From the NCBI GenBank assembly GCA_036676985.1, contig JAKFBU010000047.1:1-64000 (forward strand): DNA of 64,000 bases, given 5' to 3'. A program made the position numbers and the translations under genes. Below, one piece after another: positions 48,437 through 59,437 of the stretch; the stretch's first letter is position 1; the number at the start of each line of letters is the position of its first letter. The notes under the pieces were generated by a model. It was not told where the DNA came from, did no database searches, and saw only the letters and a program-made list of their open reading frames with translations. The stretch comes from Candidatus Sericytochromatia bacterium (GTDB lineage: Bacteria; Cyanobacteriota; Sericytochromatia; S15B-MN24; UBA4093).

Positions 48437-50443
48437 GTGCAGCCGCACCCCTTCAAGATCAAGGCCGCCTACCAACCCGCGGGCGACCAGCCCAAGGCCA
48501 TCCGACAGATCGTCGACGGCCTCCAGCGGGGCATGGACGCCCAGACTCTGTTGGGCGCGACCGGCACCGGCAAGACCTACACCATGGCCCAGGTGATCCA
48601 GGCGGTGCAGCGGCCGACGCTCGTCATCGCCCACAACAAGACGCTCGCCGCCCAGCTCTGCAACGAGCTCCGCGAGTTCTTCCCGGAAAACCGGGTCGAG
48701 TACTTCATCTCGTACTACGACTACTACCAGCCCGAGGCCTACATCCCCTCGACGGACACCTACATCGAGAAGACCTCGAGCATCAACGACGAGATCGACA
48801 AGCTGCGCCACTCGGCCACCCGATCGCTGCTCGAGCGTCGCGACACCATCGTCGTCGCGTCGGTGTCCTGCATTTACGGCCTGGGTTCGCCCCAGGAGTA
48901 CCTCAAGGGTACACTCCACCTCGCCCAGGGCCAGGAGGTCTCGCGCGACGACCTGCTGCGGCACCTGGTGGGCGTGCAGTACGAGCGCAACGACGTGGAG
49001 CTGATGCGCGGCCGCTTCCGGGTGCGCGGCGACACGCTCGAGATCGTGCCCGCCTGGGAGGAGAACGTCTTCCGGATCGAGCTCTTCGGCGACGAGATCG
49101 ACCGCATCACCGAGATCGACCCGGTCACCGGCGAGATCCTGGGCATCCGCGACGAGCTCGCCATCTACCCGGCCAAGCACTTCGTCACCTCCGACGAGCG
49201 CATGCAGGAGATCATCCGGGGCATCGAGCAGGAGCTCGAGTGGCGCCTGCCCCAGCTGCGCGACCAGAACAAGCTCCTCGAGGCCCAGCGTCTGGAGCAG
49301 CGTACCAACTACGACCTGGAGATGATCCGCGAGATCGGCTACTGCTCGGGCGTCGAGAACTACTCGCGCCACTTCACGGGGCGCGCGCCCGGCGAGCCGC
49401 CCCCGACCCTGCTGGATTACTTCCCCGAGGACTTCCTCGTCGTCATCGACGAGAGCCACGTGACCATCCCGCAGGTCCAGGGCATGTACCAGGGCGATCG
49501 CGCCCGCAAGGAGACGCTCGTCGAGCACGGCTTCCGCCTGCCGTCGGCCATGGACAACCGGCCCCTCAAGATCGCCGAGTTCTGGCAGCACGTGGGCCAG
49601 AAGGTGTTCGTGTCCGCCACGCCCGGCGACTACGAGCTCAAGGTCTCCGAGCAGGTGGTCGAGCAGATCATCCGCCCCACGGGGCTGGTCGACCCCGAGA
49701 TCTTCGTTCGTCCCATCGAGGGCCAGATCGACGACCTGGTGGGCGAGATCCGCGAGCGCGTCGAGCGCGAGGAGCGCACGCTCGTCATGACCCTCACCAA
49801 GAAGATGGCCGAGGACCTGACGGAGTACCTGCAAGAGATCGGCATCCGGGTGAAATACCTTCACTCGGACATCAAGAGCCTCGAGCGCATCGAGATCCTG
49901 CGCGACCTGCGCATGGGCGGCTTCGACGTGCTGGTCGGCGTCAACTTGCTCCGCGAGGGCATCGACCTGCCAGAGGTCTCGCTCATCACCATCCTCGACG
50001 CCGACAAGGAAGGCTTCCTGCGGGCCCATCGCTCGCTCATCCAGATGATCGGCCGCGCGGCGCGTCACCCGCGGGGCCAGGTCATCATGTACGCCGACAA
50101 GTTCACGGACTCCATGACCAAGGCCCTGGACGAGACGGAGCGGCGCCGCTCCATGCAGCTCGCCTACAACGTCGAGCACGGCATCACGCCCAAGGCCATC
50201 ATCAAGAGCACCCGCAACGCCATCCTCGAGAGCCTGACCGGCGAGAAGCTGGCGGCGCCGTTGCCCATGCCGACGGCGGCCTCGCCGGACGACGTGCCCA
50301 AGCTCCTCAAGGAGCTCGAGACCCAGATGAAGGCCGCAGCCGCCATCCTCGACTTCGAGACCGCAGCCCTGCTGCGCGATCGCATCCAGGCCCTGCGCCT
50401 CCAGCAAGAGAAAGCCCGCAAGGACATGAAGCTGCATGGCTGA
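48437..50443 (+). CDS. uvrB: Excinuclease ABC subunit B
   Basis: [27 protein letters not shown] and C-terminal UVR domain. Confidence 0.98.
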   Translation: MQPHPFKIKAAYQPAGDQPKAIRQIVDGLQRGMDAQTLLGATGTGKTYTMAQVIQAVQRPTLVIAHNKTLAAQLCNELREFFPENRVEYFISYYDYYQPEAYIPSTDTYIEKTSSINDEIDKLRHSATRSLLERRDTIVVASVSCIYGLGSPQEYLKGTLHLAQGQEVSRDDLLRHLVGVQYERNDVELMRGRFRVRGDTLEIVPAWEENVFRIELFGDEIDRITEIDPVTGEILGIRDELAIYPAKHFVTSDERMQEIIRGIEQELEWRLPQLRDQNKLLEAQRLEQRTNYDLEMIREIGYCSGVENYSRHFTGRAPGEPPPTLLDYFPEDFLVVIDESHVTIPQVQGMYQGDRARKETLVEHGFRLPSAMDNRPLKIAEFWQHVGQKVFVSATPGDYELKVSEQVVEQIIRPTGLVDPEIFVRPIEGQIDDLVGEIRERVEREERTLVMTLTKKMAEDLTEYLQEIGIRVKYLHSDIKSLERIEILRDLRMGGFDVLVGVNLLREGIDLPEVSLITILDADKEGFLRAHRSLIQMIGRAARHPRGQVIMYADKFTDSMTKALDETERRRSMQLAYNVEHGITPKAIIKSTRNAILESLTGEKLAAPLPMPTAASPDDVPKLLKELETQMKAAAAILDFETAALLRDRIQALRLQQEKARKDMKLHG

Positions 50444-53249
50444 TCTGCGCACGCACCGCGAGCTCACCGAGCGGGGAGAGGCGGCCGTCGTCTCGGCCCT
50501 GCTCGCCCTCGGGGCCGACTACATCATCCTCCCGCACCTGCTCTTGCCCGGCATGCTCGGTCCGCGCAACCCCGACGACCTGGACGTGGTCGTGCTGGGG
50601 CCGCGCGGCGTGGCGCTGGTCGAGTACCGCCATTGGCACGGCCATCTGACGCTTGCCCCCTCCGGCGAGCCGTGGGTGTTGCGCTTCGCCGCGGGCGGCG
50701 AGGAGGCGCGTCCCAACCCCGCGGACACGCTCGTCACCAAGTCGGAGGCGCTGCGCGACCACCTGCAGGCCCAGGGCCTCGCGCCCACGCTCATGGTCCG
50801 GGCCGTGGTCGTGCCGGACCGCACCCAGCTCGAGGGCACGGCCGACGTCCCCGTCATCCCGCGCTCCGAGCTCTCCCGCTGGATCACCGATGCCCTGCAC
50901 GGCGAGGGCACGCCCTGGACCGCGCAGGCGGCGGATCTGCTGCGGCCGCCCACGCCGCCGCGCATGGTCAACCAGTACCGCCTGACCTCGCTGCTGGGAC
51001 GATCGGTGGAGCGCACCACCTACCTGGCCTACGACACCCTCAAGGCGCGCGTCGTCTCCCTGCGCGAGCTGCCCTACGATCCCTTCCAACGTCCCGAGGA
51101 GCTGGAGCGGACCCGCCTCGAGCTCCTGCGCGAGGCCAAGCTCACCATGGAGCTGCAGCACCCGGCCATCGAGCGCATCGAGCAGATCATCCCCCAGGAC
51201 GACTGCTACTACGTGGTGGGCGAGTGGCTCGAGGCCGCCATGAACCTGCGCGAGGTGCTCGGCCAGGGCCCCATGAACGTCGAGACGGCGCTCGACATGG
51301 CGATCGCCTGCGCCGACGCCCTCAGCTACGCCCACGGCAAGGGCGTCGTGCACCGCAACGTGCGCCCCGAGAACATCCTCTTGGCGGGCCGCGTCGTCAA
51401 GCTCACCAACTTCAAGCTCGCCAAGAAGGCCGATCTCGCCACCCGGTCCAGCTTCGACCTGCGCGCCATGGCCCAGGAGAACCCCTACGCGGCCCCCGAG
51501 TTCCGCCTGGGCGCGGAGGGCCACCACCGGGTGGACGCACGGGCGGACATCTACGCGCTGGGAGCCGTCCTGTACGAGGCCCTGACGGGTACGCCCCCCT
51601 TGCATCTGGACGAAAAGTACTGGACCGCACCCTCGGGGACCAACCCCGCGGTCAAGCTCGCCCTCGACGAGGTGGTCCAGCAGGCGCTGCGCTTCGATCC
51701 GGCCCAGCGGTTCTCGACCATGAGCGCCTTCCGCGAGCGGCTCCTGGCCATCCGGGAAGGACGGACCGGCGATCAGGCCGGCATGCGGTACTGCGATCGC
51801 CGCCTGGTGAAGCGCACCCGCAACAGCCTCCTCTACCGGGCCACGGACACGGAGCGGGGCCGCGAGGTCGCCCTCAAGAAGATCCTGCTCGATCCCATGC
51901 TCTCGCCCGACGCGCGCATGGCGTCGGTGCAGCGCCTCTTGCGCGAGGCCCCCATCGCCTCTTCCCTGGTTCACCCGCGCATCGTCACGGTCCTCGACAC
52001 CTTCGTCGAGGACGAGGACCCCTTCGTGGTCATGGAGTGGCTGGACGGCCACGACCTGCGCGAGCACCTGGACGGCAAGCGGCCGGCGCTCGGCGTGGAC
52101 GACGCCCTCGACGTGGTGCGTCACGTGGGCGAGGCCCTGGTCTACGCTCACGGCCAGGGGATCGTGCACCGGGACATCAAGCCCGAAAACCTGTTAATTG
52201 ACGGCACGCGCGTGACGGTCCTGGACTTCGGCCTCGCGACGGTCGCGGGCGAGGAGTCGGACGACGCGGCCCGGCCCGGCGGGACCGTGCGCTACATGGC
52301 GCCCGAGGTGCTGCAGGGGGCGATCGCCGATCCGCGGTCGGACGTCTACAGCCTGGCCGTGGTGCTATACGAGCTCTTGACCAACCGCTATCCCTACGGG
52401 GCGGACGCCATCATGGGGCGCTTCTCGGAGGTGGCGGAGGGCGTGGCCCCGCCGAGCCACCTGAACTTGGCGGTGACGCCCGCCCTGGACACGCCCATCC
52501 TCAAGGCGCTGGCGGTGGATCCCGAGGAGCGGCAGCCCACCATGGAGGCCTTCCTATCGGAGCTCGCGGCGGCCGAGGACGAGGGCGAGCCCGCGGGCTT
52601 CCTGCCGGCGGGGGACGTCCCCTGGAAGACCCTTTCGTTGGTCGCCATCGGGGCCATGCTGATCGGCGGGGTGGCCATCGGCATGTACCTGAGCGGGCCC
52701 GGCGTGCTCTTCAGCAAGCGGAGCCAGGGCGCCGTGGCGTCCCAGTCGGTGGCGGTGGCCCCGGTGGCGACGGAGAGCCTGGCGCCGCTGGTGGAGGCGA
52801 CCCTCGCGCCGGAGCCCACGCCCTATCCGACGCCCACGCCCACGGAGGTACCGGCGGCGATGGTGACCTGGGCGAGCTCGCCCGTGACCATCGCGGAGGT
52901 CACCATGCAGGTCGAGCGGGTGGAGCCCATCCAGGCGACGTCCGAGACGCTCGTCACGCTCAAGATCAAGAACCTGAGCGCGTCGCCCCTGACGCTCTTC
53001 AACGGGGGCAATGCGGGCGATCAGCTGAGCATCACGGACGACCTGAGCGGCGACTACACCTCGACGGTGGACTGGAGCACGGTCTCGCCCGAGCTCATCC
53101 TGGTGGACGCGGGCCGGACGGTGGAGGGGACGTTCCGGCTCTCGCGGGCCATCGACCAGGCGGCGAACCAGGTGCAGGTCCTCGTCCGGGAAGAGGGCGG
53201 CCAGGGGCGCGAGTTCCTGTTGCGGGCTTATCGGATGGAGATCCGGTAG
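50436..53249 (+). CDS. NERD-like domain + two Ser/Thr kinase domains + TM + extracytoplasmic domain
   Basis: NERD-like GE...[18 protein letters not shown]; kinase 1 [11 protein letters not shown]; kinase 2 [21 protein letters not shown]; one TM. Confidence 0.88.
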   Translation: MADLRTHRELTERGEAAVVSALLALGADYIILPHLLLPGMLGPRNPDDLDVVVLGPRGVALVEYRHWHGHLTLAPSGEPWVLRFAAGGEEARPNPADTLVTKSEALRDHLQAQGLAPTLMVRAVVVPDRTQLEGTADVPVIPRSELSRWITDALHGEGTPWTAQAADLLRPPTPPRMVNQYRLTSLLGRSVERTTYLAYDTLKARVVSLRELPYDPFQRPEELERTRLELLREAKLTMELQHPAIERIEQIIPQDDCYYVVGEWLEAAMNLREVLGQGPMNVETALDMAIACADALSYAHGKGVVHRNVRPENILLAGRVVKLTNFKLAKKADLATRSSFDLRAMAQENPYAAPEFRLGAEGHHRVDARADIYALGAVLYEALTGTPPLHLDEKYWTAPSGTNPAVKLALDEVVQQALRFDPAQRFSTMSAFRERLLAIREGRTGDQAGMRYCDRRLVKRTRNSLLYRATDTERGREVALKKILLDPMLSPDARMASVQRLLREAPIASSLVHPRIVTVLDTFVEDEDPFVVMEWLDGHDLREHLDGKRPALGVDDALDVVRHVGEALVYAHGQGIVHRDIKPENLLIDGTRVTVLDFGLATVAGEESDDAARPGGTVRYMAPEVLQGAIADPRSDVYSLAVVLYELLTNRYPYGADAIMGRFSEVAEGVAPPSHLNLAVTPALDTPILKALAVDPEERQPTMEAFLSELAAAEDEGEPAGFLPAGDVPWKTLSLVAIGAMLIGGVAIGMYLSGPGVLFSKRSQGAVASQSVAVAPVATESLAPLVEATLAPEPTPYPTPTPTEVPAAMVTWASSPVTIAEVTMQVERVEPIQATSETLVTLKIKNLSASPLTLFNGGNAGDQLSITDDLSGDYTSTVDWSTVSPELILVDAGRTVEGTFRLSRAIDQAANQVQVLVREEGGQGREFLLRAYRMEIR

Positions 53250-53304
53250 CCTCCACGCCTCAGTAGGACCGCCTCCTCCTGTGCATGGCGAGTGCACGAG
53301 CCGC

Positions 53305-53847
53305 TTACAGCAGCGGCTGCACCGCCTTCCACAAGGTCATGCGGTCCACGCTGCCCGGAAACACCCGCACGATCCGGCCCTGGCGATCGACCAGGAACGA
53401 GGTCGGCGTCCCCTCGAGGCCGCCGTACCGCTTCACCACCTCCGGGTTGCCGAGCGCGAGCGCGTAGCGCACCTTCAGCTGCTCGGCGAGGCGCTCGACG
53501 CTCTTGCGGTCGTCCCGGTGCAGGGAGATGCCGATGATCTCGAACCCCCGGGGCTGGAGACGCTCGTAGAGGACGTTGAAGTCCGGGATCTCGTCGCGGC
53601 AGTGCTGGCAGCTCGCCTCGTAGAAATTGATGAGCACGACCTTGCCCCGATAGGACGACAGCCGGATGCGCTCCCGGCCCAGGTAGTCGGGCAGGGAGAA
53701 GGCCGGAGCATGCTCGGGAGCCACGGGGCGCCGCACCGCATGCGCGGGAGCCACCCTGGCCTGGTCCTGGTAGCCCTGATAGGCGAGCCCGCCGATGACG
53801 GCCGCCAAGGCGACGACCTCCACGATGCGACGCGTCGCTGCCTTCAC
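53305..53847 (-). CDS. TlpA/ResA family thiol-disulfide oxidoreductase
   Basis: N-terminal TM, GKVVLINFYEASCQHC, cis-Pro motif TPTSFLVD. Confidence 0.9.
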   Translation of the reverse strand: MKAATRRIVEVVALAAVIGGLAYQGYQDQARVAPAHAVRRPVAPEHAPAFSLPDYLGRERIRLSSYRGKVVLINFYEASCQHCRDEIPDFNVLYERLQPRGFEIIGISLHRDDRKSVERLAEQLKVRYALALGNPEVVKRYGGLEGTPTSFLVDRQGRIVRVFPGSVDRMTLWKAVQPLL

Positions 53848-53979
53848 GGGGATCTCCTTTCGCTCGGATGAGCCCTGAAGGCTATCAAAGCAGACGGCGC
53901 GCGCGCGGACACCGGCGGATCCCACGAATTCCGCCTGGCCGCTGAGCAAGCAGCCGAGGGATCTCGGAGAGCCGCTTGG

Positions 53980-54519
53980 CTACAGCAAGGGGGCGATCGC
54001 TTCCTTGAGCGTCTTGTCGTCGACGGCCCCTCGGAAGGTCCGCACCACCCGCCCCTCGCGATTCACCAAAAAGGACATGGGGACCGCGTCGATCCCGCCG
54101 TAGCGCTCGGCCACCTCGTCGTTGCCGATGACCAGGGGGAAGAGCACCCGGTGCTCGCGGGCGATCGCCGAGACCTGCCGGGCGCCGTCCAGGAGCCCCG
54201 ACTGGTCCAGGGAGATGCCGACGATCTCCAGGCCCTTGGGCTTCAGCTCGCGGTAGACCCGGTTGAAGGCGCCCATCTCATGCTGGCAGTGCGGGCAGAT
54301 CGTCTCGTAGAAGTTGACGAGCACGACCTGTCCCTTGAGGGCCGACAGCCGGATGTTGCGCCCGCCCTGGTAGATCGGCAGGTCGAAGTCGGGCGCGGTG
54401 CGAAGCTGCTGCTGGGCGGACATGGGTGCGATCGCCTGGCGAGCCTGATAGCTCTGATAGCCACCGAAGGCGAGACCCACGACCGCCAGGCCGAGGAGCC
54501 AGCGCGCGGACGATTTCAT
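53980..54519 (-). CDS. TlpA/ResA family thiol-disulfide oxidoreductase (paralog)
   Basis: N-terminal TM, GQVVLVNFYETICPHC, VPMSFLVN. Confidence 0.9.
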   Translation of the reverse strand: MKSSARWLLGLAVVGLAFGGYQSYQARQAIAPMSAQQQLRTAPDFDLPIYQGGRNIRLSALKGQVVLVNFYETICPHCQHEMGAFNRVYRELKPKGLEIVGISLDQSGLLDGARQVSAIAREHRVLFPLVIGNDEVAERYGGIDAVPMSFLVNREGRVVRTFRGAVDDKTLKEAIAPLL

Positions 54520-54595
54520 CGCGAGCCTCCTTTCAAGCCCCTCGAGGGCGACCGCTGGCGGCGGCCCTCGAAGGACACGTGCTCATCGCTGGGCG

Positions 54596-55030
54596 TCAGC
54601 GCCACCACTGCGAGCGAATGCAGCGGTTTCGAATGCGCCGGCAGAGCTGATAGGTGCCGTAGCCGCCGTAGGAGATGCGGTTGTTGATGCAGCGCCGGAA
54701 GACGCGCTGGCAGCGGGCGAAGATCCCGTAGCCGAAGCCGCCGTACCAACCGCCACCCCCGCCCCAGGAGCCCTGCTGCACCTGCAGCCCACCGATGCGC
54801 TGGGTCTGAGCCGGGGTTGCGGACGGGGTTGCCGGCTGCGCGTCGCTGCCGGAGTCCAGCTGACGGATCAGGGCGTCGAGCGACGCGTCATCGGCTCCTT
54901 CCGTATCGTCCTGCTGGACCTGGTACGTGACGGAGGGCGCGCGGGGCTGGGTGAGAACCGGGGTCGACGGGGCGCAGGACGTCAGCAGCAGCACGCTGCC
55001 GATCGCCATCAGGGAAACTCGTCTGAGCAT
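54596..55030 (-). CDS. Lipoprotein-signal precursor with VQQ motifs and Arg-rich CX6C-X15-CX6C C-terminus
   Basis: GGAGG SD, lipobox LTSC, YQVQQ and LQVQQ, core CQRVFRRC...CRRIRNRC. Confidence 0.75.
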   Translation of the reverse strand: MLRRVSLMAIGSVLLLTSCAPSTPVLTQPRAPSVTYQVQQDDTEGADDASLDALIRQLDSGSDAQPATPSATPAQTQRIGGLQVQQGSWGGGGGWYGGFGYGIFARCQRVFRRCINNRISYGGYGTYQLCRRIRNRCIRSQWWR

Positions 55031-55287
55031 GTCCACCTCCTCGAGCGGAAGGCCCGGATGCCGGCTGCCCGAGAACGCTCGCTCGAGCCGCTCCCGGCGT
55101 GGCCTTCCGCCCATGGGGGTGTTTATAGCGGAGCGCGGACGCGGATGCAGTGGAGGATCTGACCAGCTTCCATAAAGAAGTTTTCCGTTCGCGCCATCGC
55201 CTCGTCGCTCGGCTAATTGGCCGTCCGCCCCCCGGAAGGGCCCATTGGAGCCGATCGGCTCGGGTCGCGCGGCCGCTCGAGTGAGGG

Positions 55288-56196
55288 TTAGCCGAACAGC
55301 GTCCGGGCGTTGCCGGAAAGCAACGCCGCGCGGGCCGTCGCGTCGAGCGAAAGGCCTGCGAGCGCCTTGAGTTCCCGGTCCCATGCGTAGGGCAGGTTCG
55401 GAAAGTCTGAGCCGTACAACATGCGGTGCCCCCACTGCCGCATGAGGGCGTCATCTGGACGCTGCGGGAAGTAGTCGGCGAGCATCATCGTGGTGTCGAG
55501 CCAGAGCAGCTCGAACTCCTCGAGCAGGGCCGCATAGGCCTCGATCTCGTCCGCTCCGAGGTGCGGCACGACGACCATCAGATCCGGGTGCCGCTCGAGC
55601 ACGGAGCGCATGGCCCGCACCGAGAGCAGGCCCCGGGCATCGAAGCCGTACGCGGGCGAGGCGGGCTCGCGGCCCGCGTGGATGACGACGGGGCGCCCGG
55701 CCTCGGCGCACAGGCGGTAGATGGGGTCGAGCCGCGGATCGTCCGGCGCGAGCCGCTGGACGTGGCAATGCAGCTTGATGCCGCGCAGTCCCAGCGGGCC
55801 GAGCGCCTCCTTGACGATGGCCTCGGCGTCCGGCTCGCCGGGCAAGACCGTGCCGAGCGCCCAGACTTCCGGGTGTGCCGCGGCTACCTCTGCCGCATAG
55901 CGGTTGAGGCTGCGGGCCATGTCCGGCACGTGGGCGTAGTGGAGGCCGACGATGCGCTTGACGCCCCGTTCCAACAGGAAGCGGACGGTCTCTTCGGCGT
56001 AGAGCCGGTAGCGGATGGGCCAGGCATGGGCCTCGAACCACCGCCAGATGGCCTCGTAGACCCGCGGAGGAAACAGGTGGACGTGCGCGTCGATGACCTC
56101 GAGGTCGTCTGGCAGCCGGTCGCCCTCGGCGTCATCGAGCGCGGGAAGCGGGAAGGTCCCCTTCTTCCACAGGCTCTCGATGAGGCCCTCACACAT
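55288..56196 (-). CDS. Amidohydrolase_2 family protein
   Basis: IDAHVH, GIKLH, VIHAG, PHLG and YGSDFP motifs. Confidence 0.9.
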   Translation of the reverse strand: MCEGLIESLWKKGTFPLPALDDAEGDRLPDDLEVIDAHVHLFPPRVYEAIWRWFEAHAWPIRYRLYAEETVRFLLERGVKRIVGLHYAHVPDMARSLNRYAAEVAAAHPEVWALGTVLPGEPDAEAIVKEALGPLGLRGIKLHCHVQRLAPDDPRLDPIYRLCAEAGRPVVIHAGREPASPAYGFDARGLLSVRAMRSVLERHPDLMVVVPHLGADEIEAYAALLEEFELLWLDTTMMLADYFPQRPDDALMRQWGHRMLYGSDFPNLPYAWDRELKALAGLSLDATARAALLSGNARTLFG

Positions 56197-57388
56197 CGGA
56201 CGGCGAGACCCCCTGGTCCATGGCGGCCTCTTGGGCTTCCGAGCCGCCGGCGCTGGGAGGACGCGGGCCGAAGTACTGGTACAGGTCGCAGCGGATGTTG
56301 CCGTTGTAGAGCTTGCGCTTCTTGTGGGCCACCCGGTCGAAGAGGCGCTCGAAGTCGGGATGCGGCGTGATGACGAAGAAGGACCAGGTCTCGAGCGGCT
56401 TGAACACGCGGCCCATGTCCCGGTACAGCTGATCGACCTCGGGCTTCTCGCCCAGGCGCTCGCCGTAGGGCGGGTTGGTGATGACGTAGCCGTACTTCTT
56501 CTTGGTCGAGAAGTCCTGGACGGCCTTCTTCTCGAAGTTGATGACGTCCTCGAGCCCCGCGAGCTTGGCGTGGTAGCGCGCGGTGGAGAGCACCTCGGCC
56601 GAGGAGTCGGAGCCGTAGATCCCGCGGATGGCCGCGTCCCGGCGCATGAGGTCCTCGGCCTCCTGTTTGGCGTCCGTCCAGACGTGCCCGGGGATGACGC
56701 CCCAGTTCGTGGCGTCGAAGTCCCGGAACATGCCGGGGGCGATGTTCCGGGCGATGAGGCCCGCCTCGATGGGAATGGTTCCCGAGCCGCACAGGGGATC
56801 GACGAGGGTCCGGTCCGGATGCCACCGGCTGATGAGCACGAGGGCGGCCGCGAGCGTCTCGCGCAGAGGAGCTGGCGCCGTGAGCTTGCGATAGCCGCGC
56901 TTGTGCAGGCCGATGCCCGTGGTGTCGATCGTGAGGGTCGCCACGTCCTTGCGCAGGTCGATGAGGATCCCGAACCGGGAGCCCGACTCCTCGAAGCGCT
57001 CGCGCTTGTAGCGCCGCTTCATGGCCTCGATGATCGCCTTCTTGACGACACCCTGGGCGGCAGGGACGCTCGAGAGCTGGGACTGGTTGCTCTTGCCCTC
57101 CACGTGGATGAAGGCGTCCTCGGGCAGGATCTCCTCCCAGGGCAGGGCCTTGGTCTGATCGAACAGCTCATCGAAGGTGCGGGCCGGGAACTCTCCCAGC
57201 TTGAGGAGCACGCGCTCGGCTGTGCGTAGCCAGGTGTTGGCGCGCGCGACGGCGCTCCAGTCCCCCTGGAAGGTGATCCGGCCGTTCTCGACCTTTGGGT
57301 CCTGGTAGCCCAGCGAGCGGATCTCGTGGGCGGCGAGGGCCTCGAGGCCCATGGCGGTGGTGGCGACGAGTGTCAGGGCTTTAGTCAT
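56189..57388 (-). CDS. THUMP-domain class I RNA methyltransferase (RlmL/YpsC-like)
   Basis: LHKRGYR, APLRETLAAA, DPLCGSGT and TNPPYGERL motifs. Confidence 0.92.
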   Translation of the reverse strand: MTKALTLVATTAMGLEALAAHEIRSLGYQDPKVENGRITFQGDWSAVARANTWLRTAERVLLKLGEFPARTFDELFDQTKALPWEEILPEDAFIHVEGKSNQSQLSSVPAAQGVVKKAIIEAMKRRYKRERFEESGSRFGILIDLRKDVATLTIDTTGIGLHKRGYRKLTAPAPLRETLAAALVLISRWHPDRTLVDPLCGSGTIPIEAGLIARNIAPGMFRDFDATNWGVIPGHVWTDAKQEAEDLMRRDAAIRGIYGSDSSAEVLSTARYHAKLAGLEDVINFEKKAVQDFSTKKKYGYVITNPPYGERLGEKPEVDQLYRDMGRVFKPLETWSFFVITPHPDFERLFDRVAHKKRKLYNGNIRCDLYQYFGPRPPSAGGSEAQEAAMDQGVSPSDV

Positions 57389-57411
57389 CCCGCCATGATA
57401 GCAGAGGTGCG

Positions 57412-58023
57412 CTAGTCGCGGCTGACCGGGTACCGGATGATGGTCTTCAGCTTCTCGGGGGCCGAGCGCCTCGCATCCCCCAGGTAGATCTCGTGGTGCT
57501 TGCCCGCCATTCGCATGCCTTCGGCCGCGATGAAGGCGTGGAGCCGTTCGACGGTCGGGACCTCCGTGGCGTAGGGGCCGATGTGCATGATCTGGGCGGC
57601 CTGGCCTTCGTGCAGCCGTTCGAGCCGCAGCGCCTCGCGCGCGGGCAGCTCCTTGCCCTTGCGCTCCAACTCGGCGAGCACGGTGGCGAGGTCTTCCGGG
57701 GTGACCTCGTCCGGCACGGCGATCATGGCCGTCCAGCACCAGGCCTCTCGGTCCAGGTAGTCGAAGGAGGTGTTGTCGCCCATCCACCACAGCCCTTCGA
57801 GCGGCATCACCGTATAATCGTGTCCCCGCTTCTTGAGCAGGAACTTCAGGCCGTAGGCGACCGGAAAGAGGGTGCCCATGGCGGCCGCGAACCGCGGGCC
57901 GCCCGGATCTCCTTGCCCGTCGATCATGAGGTAGTCGAGATCCGGGACGCTCACGAGGGAAGGGGCCTGGGCGGGCGCGGTGTAGGCGCTACGGTGGGTC
58001 TTCTTGAGGTCGACGGGCGGCAT
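57412..58023 (-). CDS. GyrI-like small-molecule-binding protein
   Basis: YLMIDGQGDP, PLEGLWW, HIGPY and HHEIYLGD motifs. Confidence 0.88.
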   Translation of the reverse strand: MPPVDLKKTHRSAYTAPAQAPSLVSVPDLDYLMIDGQGDPGGPRFAAAMGTLFPVAYGLKFLLKKRGHDYTVMPLEGLWWMGDNTSFDYLDREAWCWTAMIAVPDEVTPEDLATVLAELERKGKELPAREALRLERLHEGQAAQIMHIGPYATEVPTVERLHAFIAAEGMRMAGKHHEIYLGDARRSAPEKLKTIIRYPVSRD

Positions 58024-58031
58024 CGGGCTCC

Positions 58032-58625
58032 TTAGGCGGGCGAAACGGGGTAGCGAATCAGCAGCTCCAGTGGACACCGGTTCGAGCGGCGGGGGTCCGA
58101 GAGGTAGATCTCGTGCCGCAGGCCCGAGAGGTTCAGGCCGTGCTCGTGGGCAAAGTGGAGCAGGCGCTCGTAGGTGGGGCCTTCGGGCACGGTGGGACCG
58201 CGCTGCAGCACCTGGACCGCCTGACCCTCATTTACCCGGCCGAAGCGCATTTCATGGAAGGAGGGCAGCACCTGCTCCAGCTCGTCCAGCGTCTCCAGGG
58301 CCATTTCGAGGTGATTGAGGGTGGCGTCGTCCGGTAGGGACACCATCAGGGTCCAGGTGCCCTGCTCGTGATGCGCGCCGTCCTGCCGCCAGAGGCATTC
58401 GATGGGAACGGGGCGCGGGCTGTAGTCGGGGTCCATGAGCAGCCAGAGGGTGGCGGAAAGCGGTTCCAGGGTCTGCCAGGCGGCGTCGAACTCCGCGCTG
58501 GTGCTGGGATCGCCCTTGCCGTCGATCATCAGGTAACTGGTGGCGGGCACGTCGACGAGGATCGGGTTCAAGGCGGCTGGCTCCAGCAACGGGGGGGTGA
58601 TCGGTTTCGGGAGGAGCATCGGCAC
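58032..58625 (-). CDS. GyrI-like protein (diverged tandem paralog)
   Basis: YLMIDGKGDP, PIECLW, HEIYLSDPRR and LIRYPV motifs. Confidence 0.8.
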   Translation of the reverse strand: MPMLLPKPITPPLLEPAALNPILVDVPATSYLMIDGKGDPSTSAEFDAAWQTLEPLSATLWLLMDPDYSPRPVPIECLWRQDGAHHEQGTWTLMVSLPDDATLNHLEMALETLDELEQVLPSFHEMRFGRVNEGQAVQVLQRGPTVPEGPTYERLLHFAHEHGLNLSGLRHEIYLSDPRRSNRCPLELLIRYPVSPA

Positions 58626-58739
58626 CGGGGGCCTCCTTTCGAGCGGACCTCTCTAGGTTACATCTCGTAATGAACCCATGCATCCGTATGAACCCGAGGG
58701 TGCTGGCGCAGGTTGGCCCGGGGCGCTACAATCAGCTGC

Positions 58740-59378
58740 ATGACACAGCGAAAAGGCTTGATGATCGTCGTCGAGGGCATCGACGGCATGGGCAAATCCA
58801 CGCAGCTCGCGGCTCTGGAGTCCTTCCTGACGTCCGCGGGCTACCGCGTGCGCCGCACCAAGGAGCCCACCGACAGCGCGTACGGGCGCGAGATCCGGCG
58901 CATCGCCCAGGAGGGTCGCGCGGGTGTGACGCTCGAGGACGAGCTGAACCTCTTCCTGAAGGACCGGGAGCTCGATGTCCGGGAGAACATCCTGCCGGCC
59001 CTGGAGGCGGGCGAGGTGGTGCTCATCGATCGCTACTTCTACTCGAACATCGCCTATCAGGGGGCGCTCGGGCTGGACCCGGCCCACATTCGCCGGGCCA
59101 ACGCGCAGTTTCCGGTCCCCGACCTCGTCATCCTGATGGACGCCCCGCCCACCGTCGGCATCGGGCGCATCCGGGGCGGCCGCGGGGAGGCCAACAACCA
59201 GGGCTACGAGCAAGAGGACTTCCTGGAAAAGGTCCGGGCCCTCTTCCACGCGATGCCGGATCCCAACATCGTCCGCGTCGACGCCACCCGCGACCTCGCG
59301 ACGGTCACGCGCGACGTGCGCGACTTGGTGGCGAGTCGCCTTGTCGGCAAGCAGCTCACGAAGGAGTCAGTTGTCTAA
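58740..59378 (+). CDS. tmk: Thymidylate kinase
   Basis: EGIDGMGKSTQ, TKEP and DRYFYSNIAYQG motifs. Confidence 0.95.
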   Translation: MTQRKGLMIVVEGIDGMGKSTQLAALESFLTSAGYRVRRTKEPTDSAYGREIRRIAQEGRAGVTLEDELNLFLKDRELDVRENILPALEAGEVVLIDRYFYSNIAYQGALGLDPAHIRRANAQFPVPDLVILMDAPPTVGIGRIRGGRGEANNQGYEQEDFLEKVRALFHAMPDPNIVRVDATRDLATVTRDVRDLVASRLVGKQLTKESVV

Positions 59379-59437
59379 CGGCCTGGTTTGAGCCGGTATT
59401 GCGTTGCGTTGATGACAATTTCAACGTGTTGATGACG

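Noticed and set aside
50436-53249. BREX/Pgl defence system
   Set aside because: No pglX, pglY, pglZ or brx genes in the window, and the protein has a TM receptor tail unlike PglW.
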